18,190 bases of DNA. Origin: Anthoceros angustus (lineage: Eukaryota; Plantae; Anthocerotophyta). A program made the position numbers and the translations under genes. The notes under the pieces are model-generated. The model saw only the letters and a list, made by a program, of their open reading frames with translations. It was not told where the DNA came from and searched no databases. Every line of letters starts with the position of its first letter. Positions within the stretch are counted from its first letter, which is position 1. The stretch covers positions 1-18,190 of the forward strand of contig VJWM01000402.1 of assembly GCA_010909165.1 (NCBI GenBank), written 5' to 3'. This document shows positions 10,200 to 18,190 of the stretch, piece by piece.

Positions 10200-11990
10200 T
10201 GACACAGCACTAGGTTCCAAGTAGCCCGTCGTCAACTGATGACTCACGGGCCACTTCTTGAGGTGTTGCTATCTGGCTATCTATGACATAATCCTTCTCG
10301 TTTATATCCTCATTCTCTTTCGAGACATGAAACACATTATAAGAGATTCATTCAGGCAATTGGAGTTTGTAAGCCACATTTCCAATGCGCTTCACAACTC
10401 CGAAAGGTCCTCTATACTTAAGCTTGAACTTTGAGGTCAACCCTGGTGGTAGTGGGAAATTCTTCAATTTCACCCACACCTTGTCACCTACTTGAAACTC
10501 TGCCTCTTTCCTGTGCCTGTCAGCAAGCTTCTTTTGCCTTTCTTGAGCGTAGGCCAAAATCTTATTAGCAACTTCATTCCTAGCATTCAATTGCTCAATA
10601 AACTTACAAGGTTCTCTTGCTGCTGTCTCAAACACTTCAGCATTCAACAAGAAAATTACAACCCTAGCTTGACTTCCTCCTCCTCGTTGAAATCCTCCAT
10701 CAGGTCAGTTGCGATTGTTAGACATACCCCAAGAGGTTCAAGCACGTATGGCGTGTCCATCACCACGGCGCCAAACACTAGGTAGACGCTACTGGCAATG
10801 AGGTTCTCATGATCCTTGCCATGCAGCTGCAGAGGGATGTGGGCAATCCGTTCATCGATTTGCTCCCTTCTCCAACTTCTCGGCCGATAGTAGATCTGTC
10901 TCGTCCACAAATCCACCATGACTCGGTGTTTGTACAAAGCGTCTGCTCCCAATAAGACATCAAATGTGTCTGCATCAGTGACCAAGCAGTGTACCTCGAC
11001 AATGGTGAAGTCCATTCTTGGTTTGAATGAAACCTTGACTTGTACCTTGTCACCCCACACATGCTCAGTTCTTGCGATGCGGATCTTCCACTTGGTTTCT
11101 TTCAACCTTTCTTGGTGGAGACCCAACGCTTCCTTCATTCTTCTTCCAACGATCACGGTGCTCCGATGTCAATCAATACCTCCTTGTGCGAATCCATTGA
11201 TTTCAATGTGCCTCTCGATTGTTGACCAAAGCCACCCCACTGCACATTCGCTCCACGAGATGCTTGGTTCAGAGGTCAGCAATGACATCATTGCTACCTG
11301 CTGTGGCACATCGTGGACACTTGCTTCATCTTCAAGGGTTGTCAACATCCGCCGATTCAAACCCCTGACTTCCTTCACGCTCAACCCCATGTCTTGTAAA
11401 ACATGGCATCTCCGACTTTGGTGCCACGTCGTGATCTGCATGGGTTTCTCCACATTGCCCACTCTGGACTTTGATGTTGCTCCCACAGTTGCTCCTGTTG
11501 GCAATAGCTCAAACGACTTTGGCATCTTGGCATAGGTTCGGGAAGAGGATCCTGAAGCTTCCTTCCGTATCTTCCGCACTGCACGTGTCAAGACGTCCTC
11601 TTCGTCCTCTGAGCTATCTTCCCTCGTAGCTGCCAGAGATTTCTTCCCCTTGCCCTTGGATCTAGTCACAGTCGCCATGTATCCAAGCTTGTGCTCATCT
11701 TCTTCGTCCTCTGATGATGAAATGCTGCTCTCCTTGATGTTCGCCTTTTACACCAACTTCTCCAGCTTTGCGAGGCGTGCCACGTAGCTGTCCATCGTCT
11801 TCTTTGATGCTTCCCGTTTCTTCATCACGGGACTTTACGCTCCACGCGCCTTTGCTCTTCTTGATTTTGTGGATGAGGTAGACGCTGATGCATTGGCCGG
11901 GGTTGCTGCTCGGTAACCCGAAGCCCGTAATTCCGAATGCTTCTCCCAACACGCCGCTTCATTGTGCCCGTACCTCCCTGTGAACGATCT
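10200..11990 (-). mobile_element. Ty3/gypsy (chromovirus-like) LTR-retrotransposon remnant lacking RT, RNase H and the integrase core
   Basis: In order on the minus strand: a decayed Gag zinc knuckle GRYGHNEAACWEKH (~11980-11935); an aspartic protease with VLIDIGA (~11180-11160) and VTDADTFDVLLG; the integrase C-terminal GPY/F region AQERQKKLADRHR..FQVGDKVWV..KYRGPFGVVKRIGNVAYKLQLP and NVFHVS (10650-10320); and a chromodomain trace KKW...ATW.P (~10260-10212). Confidence 0.85.
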
Positions 11991-12027
11991 AGACTCGGAA
12001 ACTCCCTATCGAAATGCCCTTGAAGTG

Positions 12028-13130
12028 TTTTTTTTTTGTTTTTTTTTGTTAAGAGTGGTGTGAAAATAAGTCAGGTTGACAGTAGGCAAAGGTACTTATA
12101 GTAGAAATGACCTTGGCCTATGGGGTTTTCTTGTTTTTGTTCCTAGATTAGATAATAAGCAAACCGGGTACTCGATGTTCCTTGGCCCATGGACTTGGGA
12201 TATCCTCTAAAAAGTCTACATATGTGAGGTGGAGGGTTGACGTATGTAGGGGTTTCGTCAGTCTATGGGTTAAAGGTCGACCCAACCGGGCGGTAGTTGA
12301 AGGGTGAGAGGTTGCGGAATGGGATGACTGGGGGAGTGGTCGTGGAAAGAGAAGATGGTCGTAGAAAACGACCGGCGGTAGGCGAAGTCCGGGGAACTTA
12401 ACCCTAAGGGAATTTGGGGAAAGGTGAGAGGCGCTGCTCAGCGTGAATTGGGGCCGGGCGGAGCAATGAGGCAACGGCGGGCCGGAGCGCGAGGGACGCG
12501 AGGAGTTGCACCGGGAGAATACACATCTGCAGGAGGCGCGGGCGCACCCACGGGGAAGGAGCTCCGAACCCCATCGACCGACAGTCGGCCGCCAGAGGAG
12601 GGGCGCTACGCGGCGACGGGTGGTCGAGGAGGTAGGAACCACGAGACCGACCTCGCCAGTAATTCCATGAATCATCGACTTGAGGCGCAAGACCCGGAGA
12701 CTCTGTGGAGGGATGGCGCCGGTCGCAATGCTGCCAGCCATGGCCAAATGGATCATTGGAAAGTTCGGTAATTGGTGAAGGAAGCTGGTTTGGCTTCATG
12801 GAAGAACGGTGGAATTACATGAACTTGGGATGCGAGTGCGCCACGTGAAGGACAAAGGGAATGAGAGGCGGCCAGGATTGGGGACTGGAATTGGTTAGGA
12901 GTGGGTGCGCAGAAGGAGGAGGTGGTTTGGTGATGGAACCGTCCAGGAAAGAAGGAGCAGCCGGCGGCGGCCGCCTGGGTAAGGCGGGCGTGGTCGAACC
13001 GGGCGGTGGCAGGTTGTAACAGGCGATTGATGGGTCAGCGGATGGCTCCTATGTTTCCTGCAACGGCAGAAGCGGATTATTTGTCCGACCACTGCTGCAT
13101 TCCTCCATGAAGTGGTCAAGAAATCGATTG
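12028..13130 (-). mobile_element. Probable Penelope-like element RT/thumb remnant with A-rich tail
   Basis: Minus-strand motifs LSFTW (12855-12841), IPPQS (12714-12699), W/ITGEV...SST (12670-12625) and LPPVVFY (12381-12361) resemble the PLE RT C-terminal consensus. An A9-C-A10 tail lies at 12047-12028. The sequence is heavily frameshifted. Confidence 0.4.
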
Positions 13131-13263
13131 GGGACGAATTCTCTTGACAAGTTGTGTGAAGAGTTGAACTGTTTTCTCCTACCCTCGACCCTCTCTAATT
13201 TCACCATTGGTCCATCTTTATGTGCATGCTAAGCCAGAGGTGGAAATTGTGGCCTCCTTTACA

Positions 13264-14532
13264 TGTGGAAGCCGCTTAGGGAGGTGAAATGGAAAGGCGG
13301 AGGAGGAGAAATCAGAAATCGGATAGGTGGGAGTCCGTGGTGTGGGTGTGGATTTGTGTCCGGGGACACCGTGAGGTCCATCCGCCCTCAATGTCGTTGT
13401 AGGCTTAGGATTCGCTCCCAAGGGAATGGTTTGTGCCAAGAGGCGCTAACTTCTATCGCTCGACCTTCACCTAAGTCGGGACTTACTTGCTATTACTCCT
13501 CTTACCTATCTACTCAACCACTACTACTCCCGACTTGTCTAGCTACCACTCTTATTCCACGACCGCAATCTTATTCCACGACCGCGGTGGCTCTCACCAC
13601 TAGGGTAGGCCGACCACCGAGGTGGGTCCCACACCCAAACCCTAGCGACTTATTTCCGGGCAGCGCGGATCCCCACCAGGCGTCCACCATGCAGATCCGA
13701 CTTTGTGCACTCCACACTTCATGCACGCACACCGATTCCTAGGGACCTAAATTCCACAAATCCCTCCGCTCCACACACACACAAAGGCGCCACACTCACA
13801 CAATTTTACAAGGAACAGTTCCCAGCTGCCTTCCACCAGCCACCGGTTTGGATTCTTTTGGATTCACACAAATCTCCCTAGTCTCTCAATTAGTTCCCTT
13901 CTCAACTCCTCACACCTCGCCAGCGTCTGATCACTCCTCCTTCACCCAATCTTCTCCCTCTCTCTCTCTCTCCTCAATTCACCCCGCAGCTTCCAACCAT
14001 CCTCAACACTTCTCTCTCAATTTGAACACAACTAGCGGGGACAAGTGTGAAGGAGAAGAACCCCAGGCGTCCGCATGCGTTACGAAAGCAAGCTCCGAGA
14101 CCCGCCCCGCCAATCCCTTGGTTTCCTCCTCCTTTGTCGGCCAAGATTGCTTTATCACCCCTCCTCCCAGTGTGAGCAAGCTCGCCCACCCCTAGAGCGT
14201 CTCGCGCACACCACCTCATCAATCGGACGTCTCCAACCAGCCACAGGCGTGGGGATCTCAACCGGGGAGTTATCGTGAGGGACCCACCGCCCCTCTTATA
14301 CATCGGGTGGGCACCACCTTGATTTTTAGGTCCTAAGATGGCTATCCGAAGGGCGCCCACAATTGGGCGATCCTAGGTCCAGCAAGACCCTAACCAAATT
14401 ATCTTTAGGGTTGCTACCACCTCACTCACGCTTCTGCGCGCCCTACCTCGACTTGGCCGTCGGCCCCACGTCCTCCATTCTTGCCGCCACGAGCTCTCAC
14501 CTTGCGCCCGTTGGTGGTGAGGTTCTCCCACA
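13264..14532 (-). mobile_element. Possible solo LTR (~1.27 kb)
   Basis: The segment is bounded by TGTGG (13264) and CCACA (14532). The minus strand carries a TATA-like TATAAGAGGGG (~14300) followed by (GA)n and (GT)n tracts, and there is no credible ORF. No target-site duplication is visible (TTACA vs AACCG). Confidence 0.4.
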
Positions 14533-14534
14533 AA

Positions 14535-15170
14535 CCGCGATAATTTTTGAAGGGGATATCACCCCTTGGCCGAGACAACACCCCTTGTCACGAAGAACAC
14601 CTTTCCTAGAACGACATATGTGCCCTACTTTGATAATGCACACACCCTTTACGAGGTCATTGATAAAGATGCACTTTCAAGTCTACACCCGAACTGGAGC
14701 ACAATAGGGTGTGGGCCCGTTCGTTTTGTAGAATGCATAGAGGGCTGCCATTTTCATATGTTTATTACAACGAAAACTTTTACTTTCAAGTGGTGGAACA
14801 CAATGAAAACAATCTTGTACTAGCGAGTCTTATTTCAATGGTCGTGAGAACATTGCAACAAACAAGCTGCTAAAGGAGAAGTGGTCATCGGCCGACAATA
14901 GTCATTCAAGAGTGCGGCGACTCATCCATGCCTTGCGCGGCGGAGTCAAGTACCACCGCCATATTCGAGGCGGTCCATATCCTCCGCCTCGAAGTTGTCG
15001 TTCTCCTCCATTGCTTGCTCGTCTTCAATAGTACCATTCTTGGGGGCCCAGCGGTGTCGACGCCACACATCTAGCATCTGCGACCCTCATCCAAAAGGTC
15101 GCCATCGTGGTCTTCAACCTTCGGCACTCAATGCAACCACTTGGGCTTTAAGGCAATGCTAGCGTCCTTA
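14535..15170 (-). mobile_element. Probable 3' end of a decayed hAT-like DNA transposon (minus orientation)
   Basis: There is an acidic tail (IEDEQAMEENDNFEAEDMDRLEYG). The terminal motif CGATAATTTTTGAAGGGG (14538-14555) is the near-perfect reverse complement of 16888-16904. Confidence 0.35.
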
Positions 15171-15362
15171 AAATGAACAAAGTTAGTTGCCCATGCGCCC
15201 ATGCAAGCATCCTTAAAATCAACAAAATTGAGTTGTTAGGATACGGGTTTGAACACAACCTATTCATTACTACACTTATTTCCCAAACACTTGACCAACA
15301 ATCCAAGTTGCAACTCTCTTGAGGCGCTAAATATATTTTCTTGAAGACAGCCTATGAGGAGG

Positions 15363-15705
15363 ATGGGGCGCCGGCCGGCCAGCGCCCATGGGTGCAGGTG
15401 TGCTAGGGAGGCGCCGGCCGGCGCCATGGGCAGGCGGGCGTGTGGGGGCGGCCGGCGCCATGGCGTGTGCTAGGGGAGGCGGCGGGGTGCCCATGGGCGG
15501 GGTGCTAGGGGAGGCGGCCGGCGGCGCCATGGGCGGTGTGCTAGGGGAGGGCCCGGGCCCATGGGCGTGTGCTAGGGGAGGCGGCCGGCCGGCGCCATGG
15601 CGGGCGGGGCGTGTTGGGGGGGCCGGCCGGCGCCCATGGCGGTGTGCTAGGGGCGCGGCGGCCGGCCATGGCAGGGCATCTTGGGGAGGCGCCGGTCGGC
15701 GCCTC
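15363..15705. repeat. GC-rich irregular tandem repeat with a ~30-36 bp unit
   Basis: TGCTAGGG(G)AGGC recurs at about 15401, 15468, 15504, 15539 and 15570, with variants at 15645 and 15681. The copies are interleaved with CCATGG and GGCCGGC(C) palindromes. Confidence 0.9.
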
Positions 15706-15779
15706 CTCCCTGCACCATCCTACGGTGCATGCGGGTGAAGCTAGGGGGACAAGAAGGCAGCGGTATCCTATCACCGATG

Positions 15780-16915
15780 GAAGGTGTGGCCCATTTGGGA
15801 AGGGTTAAAAGATTTGCGTCCATAGGTGACCGAAGAGTACAAGTGGTGGGAAGCCTTTTGGGTGGACCGGAAGGAGATTGCTATCATTGTGGAGAATAAC
15901 ATTGGGCTAGTGCTACGGCGTCCTTGGAAGTGGTTTTCACGTGTAGAAGTGGATCATACTGACGACCACTTCAAGTGCGGATGAAGCTTTGCTAGATGAG
16001 GCATTATTGAGGACCTCCACGGTGATATGTATTTGGGGCATATCAAAATGCGGGAAGGCAAGCTGTGAAATGCGGATGAATGGGGACAAATCCGAGAGGG
16101 ATGTTTACGGCGGTGCCGTGCACGGACACGCATACTAGGCCATTACGGATTGGGAGGTCATTGGCGTGAAGCTAAGCACCACGACCTCACTTTCTTATCC
16201 ACGGTATCGGACCGAGCACATAGGATCGTATGAAGGGAGATATGTGCCATAGTCCGAGTGGTAACCCATCGGTCCAATCTTAGGAAAAAGGGAATAAGGT
16301 CCATTACCTAAAAACATCTGAGGTATTTGTAGATGAAGCAGTCATCACATATTATGGGTTTGTGTTGAGCATGCGGAAACATCTGTCACGGTGGACAAAA
16401 AGCGATAAGGGATAAGCTCTGCGAGTTGCGTGGCTTCATACAACTGCGAGTCAAAGTCTGAAGATAGTGATGACAATGCGAGGAGAAAATTTGGACCAAG
16501 TGATGACGATGGATTGAACTACGGGGATGAGTGGCGAAATCTCGTTTTCGGGGTCCCGAGTTAATGTTGTAAGTCCGTTCTTGATGTTTACGTGTTAGGA
16601 AATACCAGTGGCTTTTGTGGTGTCATAACAAAACCACATTTCCATCCCAAAGCGAGTTCTGATCGTCCTTGCGGCGAGAGCGGCCTTCCTCACCGTTCCT
16701 ACTTTGCATCATTCCCCTAGGTTCGAGTTTGCGACCACCATTCGACACAAACATTGCTTTGGATGGAAAGTAGTAACTTCTTGGGTGACACCCTTTTTTT
16801 TGAATTTGTTTTCATGCCTTCAAAGCATTTTAGGGCCCATCAAAAACCCCTTGAGATTATTTGCGGAAAACCCCTTGAGATTATTAACCCCTTCAAAATT
16901 ATCGTGTGACACTAC
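15780..16915 (+). mobile_element. Decayed hAT transposase C-terminus (dimerisation domain) and 3' terminal region
   Basis: EEYKWWEAF..KEIAIIV....ASAT.RPWKWFSRV (~15832-15945, frameshifted) fits the hAT pattern WW...LA..vl....SA..ER.WS.F. An acidic tail SEDSDDN..SDDDGLNYGDE follows (~16455-16530). Subterminal repeats AAAACCCCTTGAGATTATT occur at 16843 and 16867. Confidence 0.55.
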
Positions 16916-16919
16916 TTCC

Positions 16920-17850
16920 ACCTCACCTGCCACCGCAGCTGGGCGTCCCGAATTTGAGGTGTACCACCTGGGCTTCCGCATCTTCAGCTGGCCGCCTATT
17001 CTTGAGGATTATTCGTTCCTCGTCCACCAAGCTCGGACCTCCTCCTCGCTCAACTCCTCCAAAGTCGCCTCCATAATAGGGAGCCAACCCCCACACCGGT
17101 AGCGATGGTAGAAGTATGCGCCGGGTCCTCACTTGCGATGGGTAGGCCACGATCCCTCCTATTTCCACGCACACTGGGCCGGTGAGGTTAAGCCGCGTTC
17201 TCCATTCACATATAGACCCGGGCACATAAGTTTCCTCATCCATGTGCCGTAATATAATAGGACCCCTATTGCGGTGAGGTGCTTACCCCCTCCTCCGTAG
17301 GCTACACACAGTTGCACGGCCTATGTCCTCGCGGGCGCCACGTCGCACCTGTCGCCCGCCCTGCACCTTGGGTTGGTTGCGCCAATGTCGGTGGTTTCGA
17401 CTACGGTAGTGGACTCCACGGCCGTCGTTCGTTCGGCAACCGCGGTAGGTGAGGTTCGGCTACCTCGGATTCTTGCTTCCTTCCGCTCGGTAGGTCCTTC
17501 CGCTACTCGATCGTGGTCCTGCTACCCCTTCCCTTCCCTTTGTCTTTTACGGCGCGTGCCTCATCCGCTATATCGCTCCGCTAGCTTATGGGCCTTTTCC
17601 TTTGAGGCGCCTCACGCTCTGGGCTGTAACAACTCCCCTGCATCTCTGGTTCGTCTCGTGGGCATCCTTAATTTGAGCCATGGGTGCTTCCTGGCGCTCG
17701 TCATGGCTTGCAACTTCTCACAGGCCTGCACAAATCTTCTTGAATCTTGGCCCTTATTTCCTCTAGGTTCGCTTGTCTTCCTCCATTGCTTGCGCTTGGC
17801 CTCCTCTTAAATCAAAATGGCCTTCACCACTTCCTCCGTCGCCCCTGCCC
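16920..17850 (-). mobile_element. Degenerate coding remnant, possibly retrotransposon Gag-like
   Basis: The minus-strand frames are interrupted, charged and helical-looking. PYYGGD...DEERIIL....AEDAEA only weakly resembles a Gag capsid segment. Confidence 0.25.
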
Positions 17851-17856
17851 AGGCGG

Positions 17857-18038
17857 TGAAACAAGCCGGGGCGTTCGGGCGGCGACGAGCGCGAAGCTGG
17901 ACCTGGCGAAGGAGGACCGGGCGGACGACCTGATCTTCAACGAGATCATCTGGAAGAGCGTGAAGGGGCGAACAGCCCGATGCCCGCCCGGTGCGGGCGG
18001 CGTTCTTCGTGAACGTGAAGGACAAGGATGACGATTGA
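17857..18038 (+). CDS. 3' fragment of a bacterial YncE-type beta-propeller/phosphoesterase (alkaline phosphatase superfamily) gene, with apparent frameshifts
   Basis: Restoring four single-base deletions in G/C runs gives NKPGAFGAATSAKLDLAKEDRADDLIFNEIIWKSVKGANSPMPAPVRAAFFVNVKDKDDD* (TGA 18036-18038), which is the C-terminus I recognise from this bacterial family. Nearly every codon ends in G or C. Confidence 0.7.
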
Positions 18039-18040
18039 CG

Positions 18041-18116
18041 ATGAAGCGGGCCGCCACGGAGGGCGGCCCTACAAGAACAACACCGTAGGGCCGCCCTCCG
18101 TGGCGGCCCGCTTCAT
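18041..18116. repeat. Bacterial REP doublet (REPIN-like): a perfect 32-bp inverted repeat with a 12-nt spacer
   Basis: 18041-18072 (ATGAAGCGGGCCGCCACGGAGGGCGGCCCTAC) is the exact reverse complement of 18085-18116. Each unit starts with GTAG and contains its own GGGCCGCC-N6-GGCGGCCC hairpin. The doublet is intergenic between two co-oriented genes. Confidence 0.85.
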
Positions 18117-18126
18117 TGGTGTGCCC

Positions 18127-18190
18127 ATGTTTCTCGGCATCGAAATCGGCGGGACGAAGTTGCAACTCGGTGTCGGTCGCGGCGACGGGC
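18127..18190 (+). CDS. N-terminus of a bacterial ROK-family protein (sugar kinase/regulator), truncated by the window end
   Basis: MFLGIEIGGTKLQLGVGRGDG contains the ROK N-terminal ATP-binding motif (G-I-D/E-I-G-G-T-K). Confidence 0.8.
   Translation, partial: MFLGIEIGGTKLQLGVGRGDG

Noticed and set aside
12245-12270. Minus-strand CTGACGAAAC as a possible hammerhead ribozyme core in the Penelope-like candidate
   Set aside because: CUGANGA and GAAA overlap with no stem II, and I could not find stems I and III. Other CTGANGA sites (10236, 11711, 15959) also lack the required architecture.
15327-15899. Gly/Ala/Pro-rich ORFs
   Set aside because: They are artefacts of the GC-rich tandem repeat.

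Overview
This is eukaryotic nuclear DNA from a land plant. The proteins look bryophyte-like, which is an inference. The core holds two intact, convergent genes: a five-exon plant cryptochrome (+, 3099-6293) and an intronless ABCG7/WBC7-type half-size ABC transporter (-, 7525-9522). A structured 48-bp/7-bp satellite lies between them. Both flanks are a mosaic of decayed mobile elements: a CRE-like non-LTR reverse transcriptase, an internally deleted chromovirus-type Ty3/gypsy element, a probable Penelope-like RT remnant with an A-tail, a probable solo LTR, and two inverted hAT-like 3' ends around a GC-rich satellite. The last ~340 bp switch abruptly to bacterial DNA that looks planctomycete-like: the 3' end of a YncE/phosphoesterase-type gene, a perfect GTAG-type REP doublet, and the start of a ROK-family gene. 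Its single-base homopolymer deletions point to a chimeric or contaminant long-read junction rather than true HGT, but this is testable. All family assignments come from motif recognition by eye; no database searches were run. I found no clearly novel multi-gene system.
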